Below are positions 1-11,703 of a stretch of DNA of 64,000 bases, one piece after another. The stretch is taken from the NCBI RefSeq assembly GCF_006345805.1, contig NC_043009.1, forward strand, positions 7,998,001 to 8,062,000, in the 5' to 3' direction. Both the position numbers and the translations under genes were made by a program. The notes below the pieces were generated by a model. The model was given only the letters and a program-made list of their open reading frames with translations. It was not told the origin of the DNA and did no database searches. This DNA comes from Octopus sinensis (lineage: Eukaryota). Each line of letters opens with the position of its first letter. Within the stretch, counting starts at the first letter, position 1.

Positions 1-720
1 ATCAGAGATCAGCACATCTTTAAGCAGCTGTCCACATCCATACGCATCACATGACCATACCGGTGCAGTCTTGGGAGCAAAAACTAGAATCGAGAGTCTT
101 CCATGTAAACATAGTAATGACCAAACTGTTTAATGTGTAAGAAAGAAAAGGAAGTACCCTGTTATCACCAGGGAAATGGCCTTGCTCAGTATGCAGGAAA
201 GGAGTAGATGTAACCTACATGTGTTGTACCCTCTGAAAGCTACAGCTACATGAGATATAGTGGAATCAGAGGCAGACTAACAAAGAAAGTAAGCTTTGTG
301 TGAGGCTGATGCACTGGAACCATATGCATAAGAACACACCAGAAATAGACACTCTGGAATGCATTGCTGGTTTCGTAACCGTCAATACCTAGGTGACATA
401 ATTAAGTGGAAAGATGATTGTTAAGAAAGCATAGAAGCCAGGATAAGAACAGATTAGAGAAAGTTTAGGAAGCTATTATTTCTGCTGGCAATGAAGGTCT
501 TCATACATTCTACCTCTCCCTCAGAGGGAAGGATTGAGCATATGATGTGTTAGAACTTTGGATTGCAATGCTGCATGATAGTGGGATGAGGGCTGTGAAT
601 GCAGAAGACTTGGAACAAAGTGATAGAGGCTGATGCCATGCAGAAAAGATGACAAAGGACTGTGTTGATGATATGCAGTTCATATCATCATCAATACACA
701 CCATGTACCCACAGCAGTAT
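1..720 (+). pseudogene. Degraded RTE-clade non-LTR retrotransposon, RT C-terminal part with Cys-rich insert
   Basis: Frame-hopping translation gives GKWPCSVCRKGV, SGIRGRLT, TLECIAGF, ESIEARIRT and AMLHDSGMRAVNAEDLEQSDR. These match the order of RTE RT domain 7/thumb motifs (GKWPCSVCRKGVG, ARIRxGW, AMLHGSETWA). Many stops and frameshifts. Confidence 0.8.
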
Positions 721-832
721 GTACCCTGACACAAGCACAGTGTTTAGACAGGGCAATATTTTCTCCCCTATCAAGCCTACATTTGATGCCACCACAACTT
801 AAATCCTTGATTGCTCCATCTCCCTATTCATA

Positions 833-1005
833 CACTAGCATAGCTAGAGAGTGGGGTGGATCTAGTGTAGCGAGAAGGCAGCACTTTTAGTGGGGTGGCA
901 CCACTTTTGGGTCTGCTGTAGGCAATATGTATTTTTTACGTGGAGGCCCAGGAGCAGCAAACTGAAGGGCTGCCCCATATGGCACACACTCTAGCTATGC
1001 TAGTG
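833..1005. mobile_element. hAT-type MITE
   Basis: TIR CACTAGCATAGCTAGAG at 833 and its complement CTCTAGCTATGCTAGTG ending at 1005. Flanking 8-mers are TATTCATA and TATTCACA (1 mismatch), consistent with an 8-bp TSD. Confidence 0.75.
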
Positions 1006-2242
1006 TATTCACACTTTTCTTCCTCTCTCTTGTCTTCTTATCAGTCGTAGCCATCCATTTGTCAGCTCTATACCACCTGTATTGACTACACCATCCTCAT
1101 CACTCTGTTTCTCACACTCAATAGGCCTATATATATAAATATATAGGAGGCTGCAATAGGATTCTGTCATCACCCCCTCTTGAATATATTCTAACCCCAA
1201 CCTACTGTGCTGTCATCTACCTCTCCTCTTTCTCTCCATTCTGAAGCACCTCTTTTGCCAACCTTCACCTACACTTTTATCTCTTCACTTACCTCTCTAC
1301 TTTTGTTCACCTTTGCCATTGCCAATCACACCCCTACTGACACTACCCTCTAAAATCCCTGCCTTTTTCCTATCATACTCTTACTTCTTCCACTTCTCCA
1401 CCCATTCTGGTCCTCTTGATGTCACTGCTCTCTCACCTATTCCCTTCCTTGGATACCTGAGCAAAGGTATACAACCTAGGTTATTGAGTACTCTTTATGC
1501 CTACACTAATTTAATCCTACCTACTTTTTCAAATATCCATTTCTATCCATCTTTTCCTCTCATTTTCCCCCTTGGTCTACACACTTTAGGTTACAGAATA
1601 TTCTCTACATTTGCTGTATGCAGAGTATCCCACTTACCTTTCACACTATAAAGTGGTTGGCTTGTGAGCAGAGAAACCATACAGCTGTTAGGTCCCTCAT
1701 GAGCAAAAAGCACCCGGGACATTCTCTAAAGTGGTTGGTAATAGGAGAGTCATCTGACTCTAGAAACCAAGCTATGGGACCAGTGGCTTCCAGTCGGAAG
1801 TGACTTGGATTATTGGAAAGTCGACGCAAAAGGATTATGATGAAGCTGTAGTTGACTCTGTATCTCCTGAGCTTTCATTCTACCCATGTGTGTGTGTGTA
1901 TTTTTTTCCTGGCTCTCTTCTTTATCTCCTTTCTGCTCTTCCTTGTTTCTCCTGGACTTTCCTCTAGTATTCGAAGAAGGAGTATGTCCAGAATGTAATC
2001 TTTATATATATTTCCATTCTTCCTTACGCATCAACCTAATAATGGCTGTGAATGTCTCTTGTACTTTTGTTGCTTTTTTGTTATTTATATTTGCTTTACG
2101 TGTGTGTGTGTGTATAATGCATGTATATGTGCGTGTGTGTGTGTATAATGCATGTATATGTGCGTGTGTGTGTATGTATGTATACATATATATACACTGT
2201 TTGGATGCACACACACACCCATACACACAGGGAAAGAAAGAT

Positions 2243-2812
2243 AAGTGAATAAATTGAAACTTCGAAAGATTCATAGAAGTGGCCAAATATATCTTGATAC
2301 GTATATAGAAATGGATATATATATATGTATGAATGTGTATATATGTATGTATGAATGTGTATATATGTATGTATGTATGTATGAATGTGTATACATGTAT
2401 GTATGAATGTGTATACATGTATGTATGAATGTGTATATATATGTATGTATGAATGTGTGTATGTATGTATGTATGAATATGTGTATGTATGTATGAATGT
2501 GTATATGTGTATGTATGTATGAACGTGTATGTATGTATGAACGTGTATGTATGTATGAACGTGTATATATGTATGTATGTATGAATGTGTATATATGTAT
2601 GTATGTATGAATGTGTATATATGTTTGTATGTATGAATGTTATATGTATGTATGAATGTGTATATGTATGTATGAATGTATATATATATATATGTATGTA
2701 TGAATGTATATATATATGTATGTATGTATGAATGTATATATATATGTATGTATGTATGAATGTATGTATGTATGTATGAATGAATATATATATATATATA
2801 TATGAATGTATA

Positions 2813-2846
<34 letters not shown>

Positions 2847-2856
2847 AATGTGTTTT

Positions 2857-2907
<51 letters not shown>

Positions 2908-2978
2908 TCATTTCTATATATGTATCAAGATAGATTTGACCAGTTGCCTGAATCTCTCAAAGTTTCAATCTATCACTT
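2243..2978. repeat. Compound (TATG/TGAA/TA)n microsatellite enclosed by ~70-bp imperfect inverted repeats
   Basis: 2243-2313 matches the reverse complement of 2909-2978 (about 60/71 by eye). A ~600-bp simple repeat lies between them. Confidence 0.85.
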
Positions 2979-2990
2979 TTCTCTCTTTAC

Positions 2991-3021
<31 letters not shown>

Positions 3022-3043
3022 TATATATAATATATATATATTA

Positions 3044-3104
<61 letters not shown>

Positions 3105-3493
3105 ATGTACATAATTCCATTTCTGTATTTTTATCAAGATAGAACCACCAATATTTATCTTACAACCATCAACTATCTTTGCACTTTCCTCACAACTAAA
3201 TCATTAATAAAAATCTCCCTCTGACCACTTTCTTTTTATATTTAAACTATTTATCAACAAGCTAAGATTATCCAGAGGACCCGCATGCATATATATGTTT
3301 GTAGCTATGTGGCTAAGAAGTTTACTTTTGCAATGAAACGGTTCAGTGTTTGACCCTAGTATGTTGCTGCTTGGTCATGTATTTTCTGTTATAACCTCTG
3401 GTTGACCAGAACCTTGTAATTGAAATCTGGTAGACAGAAACACAGTAGAAATGATTTGGATTTATGATGATCATAGCCATTATCATCATCATC

Positions 3494-3661
3494 ATAGGCG
3501 CAGGAGTAGCTGTGTGGTAAGTAGCTTGCTAACCAACCACATGGTTCCAGGTTCAGTACCACTACGTGGCACCTTGGGCAAATGTCTTTTGCTATAGCCC
3601 CGGGCCGACCAATGCCTTGTGAGTGGATTTGGTAGACGGAAACTGAAAGAAGCCTGTCGTA

Positions 3662-3708
<47 letters not shown>

Positions 3709-3910
3709 TTGTGTGTCTTTGTTTGTCTCCCTAGCATTGCTTGACAACCGATGCTGATGTGTTTACGTCCCCGTCACGTAGCGGTTCGGCAAAAGAGACT
3801 GATAGAATAAGTACTGGGCTTACAAAGAATAAGTCCCGGGGTTGATTTGCTCGAATAAAGGCGGTGCTCCAGCATGGCCGCAATCAAATGACTGAAACAA
3901 GTAAAAGAGA
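3494..3910 (+). mobile_element. SINE family A (tRNA-like head + CORE-like segment + internal microsatellite + 3' module A)
   Basis: A-box-like TAGCTGTGTGG and B-box-like GGTTCAGTACC, CORE-like CACCTTGGGCAAATGTC, a (TA)n(TG)n linker, and a 3' module ending GACTGAAACAAGTAAAAGA. About 20 copies in the window. Confidence 0.9.
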
Positions 3911-4286
3911 GAGTATTATCATCATCATTGTTTTATGTTTATGTTTGCATGCTAGCATGGTCTGGATGGATTGTCACTGCCCACATCATTTCTTATCTGG
4001 ATTTACTACCTTCTACTAAGGTAAACTGCATACATGATGCAGTCCTGCATCTCATGATGTACTTTTATCTCAACATGGAAGTGGGTGTATGTATTGGTGC
4101 AAGATGTCTCGTCTTTTTATGGCTGGTTGAGGTGTCATACAAAGCACTGAGGTCATTATAATGGACTAAAGTTGCTACTCCAGCATGGCTACAAACCACT
4201 GACTGAAACTGGGAGGAAAATATATAAAAGGAAAACTTAACCAGATTTCAGTTTGTGGATTTCTCTAAAAGGAAATTCCTTACATA

Positions 4287-4640
4287 CTCTTTTTTACTCT
4301 TTTATTTGTTTCAGTCATTTGACTGTGGTCATGCTGGAGCACCGCCTTTAGTCGAATAAATCGACTCCAGAACTTATTCTTTATAAGCCTAGTACTTATT
4401 GTCAGTCTCTTTTGCCAAACCACTAAGTTTTGAGGATGTAAACACACCAGCAGTGGTTGTTAAGCGATGCTGGGGGAACAAACACAGACACACACACACA
4501 ATGGGCTTCTTTCAGTTTCTGTTTACCAAATCCACTTACAAGACTTTGGTCAGCCTTAGGCTATAATAGAAGATACTTGCCCAAAGTGCCATGCAGTGGG
4601 ATTGAACCCGGAACTTACCACACAGCCACCTCTGCGCCTA
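4287..4640 (-). mobile_element. SINE family A
   Basis: Reverse complement of the 3494-3910 element, with an internal deletion in the head. Confidence 0.9.
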
Positions 4641-5000
4641 CATGTCTACATAACATGTAAATCTTTGCGATTCTTATTGGAAAATGAAACACATAATGGA
4701 AAATAAATAATACTAAAAAAAAACTCCATTTTCCTCTTTTGTTTATTAAACAACTCTGCAAATAATATTTCCATAATCCTCAATTTTAATGTGTGTTTTG
4801 ATTTACATAAAGCAGTAATAAAGGATACATATTGAATATAATAATGGAATAAGCAGATGTGCTTCAAGAGGAAATAGCTAGGATTTACCCTAAACACTTA
4901 TTTAATAAATGAATTGAGATGCATTTTATTTAAAATCATTCTGATACCAGTTCGCCTGATATAACTTCTATGATTAAAAAACGCAAAAAAACTGTATATT

Positions 5001-5224
5001 TTAATCTTTTAACATTCAGACTGCTGTGTTAAATGTAATACTTATTTATTAACATTGGTTTGAATTAACCATGCATTATCTTGTAGCTTTGAGATTTTGA
5101 TGGTGTGATAATTTTTAGAATTACATTGTTAGGTAGGTATAAGAGGCCAGTTATGGCCAGTTTGAACATAAAACAAGTAGACTATTTTGAGCTGGATATT
5201 GCTGATTTAAATGCTGAAAAGTTA
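5001..5224. mobile_element. piggyBac-like (TTAA) MITE, family 1
   Basis: Degenerate TTAATCTTTTAACATTC ... AATGCTGAAAAGTTAA ends. Body matches 13864-14296 in reverse orientation. Confidence 0.65.
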
Positions 5225-5664
5225 AAACTTTCTTATCTAAATTATGAGGCTAATTGGTAACCATTAAGGCATCGGACAAAGTGCTTGCAGAGTTTGTCCT
5301 GACTCTGTTCACTAAGTTCAAATGCAACCAACATCAACTTTTCCTTTTATTCTTTTGGGATCGTTAAACAAAGTTCCAGTCCAGTGTGATGGATTTGTGA
5401 AATTGTTTAAGTGTTAGTTGAGATATATATATATATATACCACGTGGTAACTATTCTAGCTTTGAGTGTTCTGAGTTCAAATGTAGCTGTTACAGGAGGG
5501 TGAAAAAAAAAAAAAATGGTAATGCTTCTGTCAGCTAAAAATATCAGCAACTGAAAAACTTAATGATAGTTTAGTTTCTTTAGTCCAACCAGAATATCAG
5601 CCATGATGCAATAACATATCTTAATTAAAACTTTCCTTCAGAACTTTATGTAAACATCTCTTAT

Positions 5665-6049
5665 GGAAGCACTCCATCGGTTACGACGATGAGGGTTCCG
5701 GTTGATCTGATCAACGGAACAGCCTGCTCGTGAAATTAACGTGTAAGTGGCTGAGCACTCCACAGACACGTGTACCCTTAACGTAGTTCTTGGGGATATT
5801 CAGCGTGACACAGAGAGTGACAAGGCCGGCCCTTTGAAATACAGGTACAACAGAAACAGGAAGTAAGAGTGAGAGAAAGTTTGTGGTGAAAGAGCACAGC
5901 AGGGATCACCACCATCCCCTGCCGGAGCCTCGTGGAGCTTTTAGGTGTTTTCGCTCAATAAACACTCACAATGCCCGGTCTGGGAATCGAAACCGCGATC
6001 CTACGACCGCGAGTCCGCTGCCCTAACCACTGGGCCATTGCGCCTCCAC
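5665..6049 (-). mobile_element. Young full-length tRNA-derived SINE (family C) with 13-bp TSD
   Basis: Minus-strand head has A box TGGCCCAGTGG and B box GGTTTCGATTCC, and CpGs are retained. Perfect direct repeat AAACATCTCTTAT at 5652-5664 and 6050-6062. Confidence 0.95.
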
Positions 6050-6635
6050 AAACATCTCTTATAAAGATATAGGAGGTGATTAGTAAGAGTGTTGTAAGCG
6101 CCACTCTGGCTGTTTTCAAGGATAGTATATCATTTTCTTTGTCTCGACATCTAGAATCCGGAAAAGTTGGAAGAACCACTGAGGCTTGCAATAAGGTTGA
6201 AAATACTGTTAAAATAAATTCTACCTCAGTGCTATTGACATGACACTCACTCACCCAAACTTGGACCAGAGAGCTTAGTAACACTCCATCATTAGCACAC
6301 ACACTCAATCAGTAACTTTGGTGTGGTCCCTGTATAGTTTTTTTGAGGTGTTATGGCTCACTTTCTAACATTCCTCATTACCATCATAACAATAATGGGC
6401 TATTGTCTTACTTACCTTATGTATATTAGAACACAAACAGTACCTTGGAGGGGCGGGGTCTCTGTATGGTTTTTCTAGGTATCATGGCTAAAATATTCAA
6501 TGTGATGCACTGTTTCCTAGTACTGGTATATTCTACAAAGTGAGAAAAATGCAGTCATTGTTTCATCTTTCAGATGCATATATAAATAAATAATTTTACA
6601 TAGGCAGAAAAAAAAACATAGGTGCTAGCATAGGT

Positions 6636-6987
6636 CAGTGGGAAGCACCTTTGGCAAGTGTCTTCTACTATAATCCCGGACTGACAAAAGCCTTGTGAGT
6701 GAATTTAGTAGACAAAAACTGAAAGAAACCTGGTGTGTGTGTGTGTGTGTGTGTACCCTTGTCTTGACATTGATGGTTGTAAATAAACATCACCATCATA
6801 CAAGTGATGTTGTTCGCTTCTAGTCTTCCATGAAAAAGGAAGGTCTTGCTATGGCAAAATATTACATTACTTGCAAACGCGAGGGTTGATGACAGGAAGG
6901 GCATCCAGTCATAGAAAATCTGCCTTAGCAAATTCTGTTTGACCCATGCAAGCTTGGAAAAGTGGACATTAAATTGTTGATGATAAG
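6636..6987 (+). mobile_element. SINE family A head joined to alternative 3' module B (RTE-like tail)
   Basis: CORE-like head and (TG)n, then a module ending GACCCATGCAAGCTTGGAAAAGTGGACATTAAATTG. Same module at 45640-45870. Confidence 0.8.
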
Positions 6988-7043
6988 CAGTGCATTTCAT
7001 TAGAAATCTGGTCTCATGAAAGTTAAGCACTTTTTATTTGAAA

Positions 7044-7312
7044 GTCCGTTGCCAGCCTCGCCTGGCCCCTGTGCCGGTAGCACGTAAAAGCACCATCCGT
7101 TCGTAGCCGTTTGCCAGCTTTGTCTGGCACCTGTGCAGGTGGCATGTAAAAAGCACCCATTACACTCACGGAGTGGTTGGCGTTAGGAAGGGCATCCAGC
7201 CGTAGAAACACTGCCAAATCTGACTGGGCCTGATGAAGCCTCCCGGCTTCCCAGACCCCAGTTAAACCGTCCAACCCATGCTAGCATGGAAAACGGATGC
7301 TAAATGATGATG
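7044..7312 (+). mobile_element. Family D short retroelement with RTE-like 3' end and (GAT)n tail
   Basis: GGTTGGCGTTAGGAAGGGCATCCAGCC motif and 3' CCAACCCATGCTAGCATGGAAAACGGATGCTAAATGATGATG. CpG-rich, so probably young. Confidence 0.85.
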
Positions 7313-7539
7313 AATGATTTCTCTGTATCTACATCTCTATGTATTTTGAGTCCCCTCTATTCTACAGTATTTCTGTTTTGTTTTTGTAATCTCCTTGTCT
7401 CTCTGTCTTTCTCTTTCTTACTTTGTTTTTTTCCTCTCTCTTCATCTCTCCCTCTTTGTCTTGTTTTCCCCCTTTCCCTTTATCTTCCTCTCTGTTTCAG
7501 TTCTCCCCATCTCTTTCTCCCCATCTCTCTCTCCCATCG

Positions 7540-7770
7540 GTCTCTCCCCTGTCTTTCTCTCTCCCCTGTCTCTCTCACTCTCCCCTGTCTCTCTCACTCT
7601 CCCCTGTCTCTCTCACTCTCCCCTGTCTCTCTCACTCTCCCCTGTCTCTCTCACTCTCCCCTGTCTCTCTCTCTTTCCCCTGTCTCTCTTTCCCCTGTCT
7701 CTCTCTCTTTCCCCTGTCTCTCTCTCTTTCCCCTGTCTCTCTCTCTTTCCCCTGTCTCTCTCTCCTCTCT
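7540..7770. repeat. CT-rich minisatellite (~18-bp unit CTGTCTCTCTCACTCTCCC and variants)
   Basis: Direct tandem copies are visible. Explains the overlapping S/L/P-rich ORFs at 7304-7868. Confidence 0.95.
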
Positions 7771-7794
7771 CTGTTGAATTTGTATTACTAGATA

Positions 7795-8000
7795 TTGATG
7801 TCACGCAAATGGCACCCATGCCAATGGCATGTAAACACCCATTACATTCTCAGAGTGGTTGGCGTTAGGAAGGGCATCCAGCCATAAAAAAAACTTACCA
7901 AATCAGATTGGAGTCTGGTGTTGCCTTCCAGATTGCCAGCCCTCATCAAACTGTCCAACACATCCAGCATGGACAACAGATGTTAAATGATGATGATGAT
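7795..8000 (+). mobile_element. Family D element
   Basis: GGAAGGGCATCC motif and ATGATGATGAT tail. Confidence 0.8.
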
Positions 8001-8040
8001 ATTTAATTCAGAGAACATCTAAACAAATTAGAAATTGTTA

Positions 8041-8215
8041 CCATATTTGATGGCATTTAAGACACAAAATGTCTCAAAAAATTGCTCTGGTTCCTATGTG
8101 CAAATTTGGGTCTCTTACAAGGTTTAATGCACTAAAATCTCTTTTCCTGAACATGCACTATTGAAATTGGGTGCGTCTAATAATGCCCATGTGTCTTTTA
8201 TGCCATCAAGTCTGG
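8041..8215. mobile_element. pogo/Tigger-like MITE
   Basis: 25-bp TIR CCATATTTGATGGCATTTAAGACAC (8041) and GTGTCTTTTATGCCATCAAGTCTGG (8191-8215), 4 mismatches. TA precedes the left end. Confidence 0.6.
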
Positions 8216-9395
8216 TCTTGTTCAGTGACTCATATCAATTTTATTATTTCAGTAATTATAGGAGTGAACTTCAGATATGTTTTAGTCTTGTTATGACTTC
8301 ATCAGTGAAGCAGAGATTTCATCCTACCTGTCTATAGTTCACTGTAGCTTTACTTTTGTATGCTTTTTCTTTCTAGCTTTCTGCAAGTTTGTCTATAGCT
8401 TTGCCTGCCTATATATGGTATAATCTATCTTTCAGTCTACAATAACATCGGTTTATAGTTTGCTGTGTCTGTCTATAATTCTGTGTATGTCTAATTCTGT
8501 AAGTTTATAATTCTTTCTTTTAATCTGTAGTGGTGTCTGTCTAGCAAGCTACATATATAGTTGTTTGGCTGTCTATATATACTTCTCTCTTATTCTCTCT
8601 CTCTCTAGTAACTGTCACAATTACTTATGATGTAAAGAAATATGTATATTTGACTACATTTCATATTAAGTTTTATATCAGATGTTTTTAATCAATAGTC
8701 AAGATATATGCATATATATCAAACACCTATACAATACATACATATATACATACATCATACATATATATAGTCTGTATAGATTTGTCTGTTAGTGTGTGTG
8801 TGTGTGTATACATATATATAAAGCTATCTAATTATTTTTCTTTATTCTTTTTTGTTTTCTTTGTTTATTTCTTTTGCTGACCAGTCTGATGATGATGCTC
8901 CAGCGCAGTCTTGGTCAATAATGGTTTAAGCAACATAAAGCTTTTTGTACATCAATCTGTCCATAGGCTCTCTCCATCTATTTCTTTTCATTACAGTTCA
9001 TCATTTTCTAGTGTTCTCCTTCCCTATCGCTACCCCTCTCTCATTCTTTTAGAAAACCAAAAAAATGTTATTTCTAATTCCCAGCAGCAGTACTTTGTCT
9101 ATTAACCATAGTTAACTTTACTGTATTTATATTTAGTATGTAGGATGTTTGCGTTAGGTATTTTTCCTGAGCTACATTATTGGTATTTATAATCAGCACC
9201 ACAACATTGCCTTGGCACTATGTACTTTTTCTTGAGAAATTCTAATTAATATTCATCTGTATACACCTGATGAAAATGATTTTTTTCTTTGCATGATGTA
9301 ACACTTCTGTCATTAATAAAAAGCATGTCTGAAACAGCTGTAGTGAACCACAATCTATTGGTTGTTATTGTCTCTCTCTCTACATATATATATAT

Positions 9396-9929
9396 CATCA
9401 TCATCATCATTAAACGTCCGTTTTCCGTGCTAGCACGGGTTGGACAGTTCGACCGGGGATCTGGGAAGCCAGGAGGCTGCACCAGGCTCCAGTCTGATCT
9501 GGCAGTGTTTCTACAGCTGGACGCCCTTCCTAACGCCAACCACTCCGAGAGTGTAGTGGGTGCTTTTTACGTGCCACCGGCATATACATACGACAAGTGA
9601 CTGAGATCTTTGGTGATACGCTGTGCCTGAGAAGACTCCTCAAGCCAAGTGAAATTGTAGTTGTGATTGTTGCCAGTGTCATGTAAATGGCACCCGCGTA
9701 ATCATAGTCATGGCCATTGCCAGTGTGATGTATATGGCACTCCTGCCAGTGGCACAAAAAACGACCCATCACACTCTTGGAGTGGCTGGTGTTAGGAAGT
9801 GAAGTGCATCCAGCCATAGAAATTATGCCAAATCAGACTGGAACCTGGTGCAGTTTTCCAGTTTTTCAGTTCCAGTCAAACCATCTAACCCATGTCAACA
9901 TGGAAAGCAGATGTTAACAGATAATGATG

Positions 9930-9931
<2 letters not shown>
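9396..9931. mobile_element. Two family D elements back-to-back (9396-9582 minus, ~9595-9931 plus)
   Basis: (CAT)n tail on the left, (GAT)n tail on the right, and complementary GGAAGGGCATCC cores. Confidence 0.85.
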
Positions 9932-9966
<35 letters not shown>

Positions 9967-10507
9967 AAATTATGCCTACTAGTTAGAATGTTCTTTGATG
10001 ATGAGGTCTAATGAAAATGAAACATGTTCTTTTGCTTTTTACCAGTTGGTTTTATAAACTGTTTCCATTCCAGTGGTGTATTTTCTATATTTCCCAGAAT
10101 TTCAATTAAGTGATTTTATTAGAGTTAACCTCCTATGCTTTCTTTTAGATATAAAACATCCCAGACGAGAGCTTTTGTCTATTAATTACATGAATAATTT
10201 GAATAGATTGAAGTTTTTCCATCTAGAATTATATTGCTTATAATACAAATATTTGTGTTTAATATGCAAAATGCTCTCTTGAGGTATTTAGCTGCAGCCC
10301 TGTTATTGAAAGTTGTATCAGACATTGCAGCCCTTTTTAAAATCTTTGTTCACTGCTGCCTATCTCTGCAACCATTCTTTCCTGTTTCTCTTCCTGTGTC
10401 TCACCCTCTCTTTCTCTCTAGCACTCACTTTCTCATTACGATCCCCCCCCTCCTATTTATTGTCTTCTCTACCCTATGAACAATTGTACATACACTCACG
10501 CACCATA

Positions 10508-10718
10508 TCTTTTCTTTTACTTGTTTCAGTCGTTTGACTGTGGTCACACTGGGGCACCACCTTCAAGGGTTTTTAGTTTAACAACGTGACCCCAGGACTT
10601 CACATTTTTAAAGTCTGTTACTTTTTCTATCGATCTCTTTTTCTGAACTGCTAAGTGGCATAAATACACCAACACCAGTTAGTTGTCAGGCTGTGGTGGG
10701 GGACAAACTCAGACACAG

Positions 10719-10749
<31 letters not shown>

Positions 10750-11305
10750 TATACATGTATATATGACAGGCTTCTTTCAGTTTTCACCTACCACAAGCCT
10801 TTGGTCAGTCTGAGGCTTTAGTAGAAGATTCTTGCCCAAGCTGCCATGCAGTGGGGCTGAACCCAGAACCATGTGGCTAGGAAGCAAGCTTCTTACTACA
10901 CAGCCATACCTGCACCTATGGTATATTTTAAACTTGTTTTGGTCATTGGACTGCAGCCATACTGGTACACAACCTTGAAGGGTTTAGTTGAACAATCAGC
11001 TTTAGTACTTATTTTATTCTTAAACTTGGTACTTATTCTACGAGTTGCTTTCACTGAACCACTAAGTTATGGGGACATAAACAAACCAACACCGGTTGCC
11101 AAACAGTGGTGGAAGCAAACACAAACACGGGCACACACACATAGCCACACAAGCATGCATGCATACACACACCTATGGCAGGTTTCTCTCAGTTTCCATC
11201 TACCATATCCAGTCACAAAGCTTTGGTTGGCCTGAAGTTAAAGAAGACACTTGCATACTAGTACTGAACCGAGAGTACCTGTTTGGGAAACAAGTTGAAC
11301 CCAAA
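10508..11305 (-). mobile_element. Two tandem SINE family A copies
   Basis: Reverse-complement module A, microsatellite and head at 10508-10919 and ~10926-11305. Confidence 0.8.
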
Positions 11306-11335
11306 GCATGCATGCGCGCGTGTGTGTTTGTGTGT

Positions 11336-11660
11336 GTGAAGGTGCATGGCTTAGTGGTTAGGGTATTCGGCTCACGATTGTAGGGTTGTGAATTCAATTC
11401 CCGGCAATGCGTTGTGTCCTGAAGCAAGACACTTTATTTCACACTGCTCCAGTCCACTCAGCTGGCAAAAATGAGAAGTACCTGTATTTCAAAGGGCTAA
11501 CCTTGTCACACTCTGTGTCATGCTGAATCTCCCTGAGAACTACGTTAGGGGTACACGTGTCTGTGGAGTGCTCAGCTACATGCATGTTAATTTCATGAGC
11601 AGGCTGTTCCGTTGCTTAAATCAATTGAATCCCTTGTCACTGTAACCGACAGAGTGCCAG
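11336..11660 (+). mobile_element. Family C-type SINE (tRNA head, CORE-like body, same 3' tail as 5665-6049)
   Basis: Head TGGCTTAGTGGTTAGGG...TTCAATTCCC. The 3' half (GTACCTGTATTTCAAAGGG...GTAACCGACAGAGTGC) matches the reverse complement of 5665-5850. Confidence 0.85.
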
Positions 11661-11703
11661 TTTATATATGTGTATGTATATATATGTATGTGTATATATA
11701 TAT

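Noticed and set aside
1968-2000. TCGAAGA-A-GGA(GTATG)TCC-AGAATGTA, a hammerhead-like remnant
   Set aside because: Both core halves are corrupted and there is no clear stem I; too degenerate to call.
2002-2911. Long ORFs rich in Y/I/H/T (also 12765-13230, 18657-19238, 27873-28211, 40664-41047, 49778-50281)
   Set aside because: Translations of (TA)n/(CA)n/(TATG)n microsatellites, which lack stops by construction.
5985-6047. tRNA-like cloverleaf on the minus strand
   Set aside because: It is the head of a TSD-flanked SINE and has no proper acceptor stem, so it is not a tRNA gene.
7304-7868. Three overlapping 122-157 aa ORFs
   Set aside because: Read-through of a CT-rich minisatellite.
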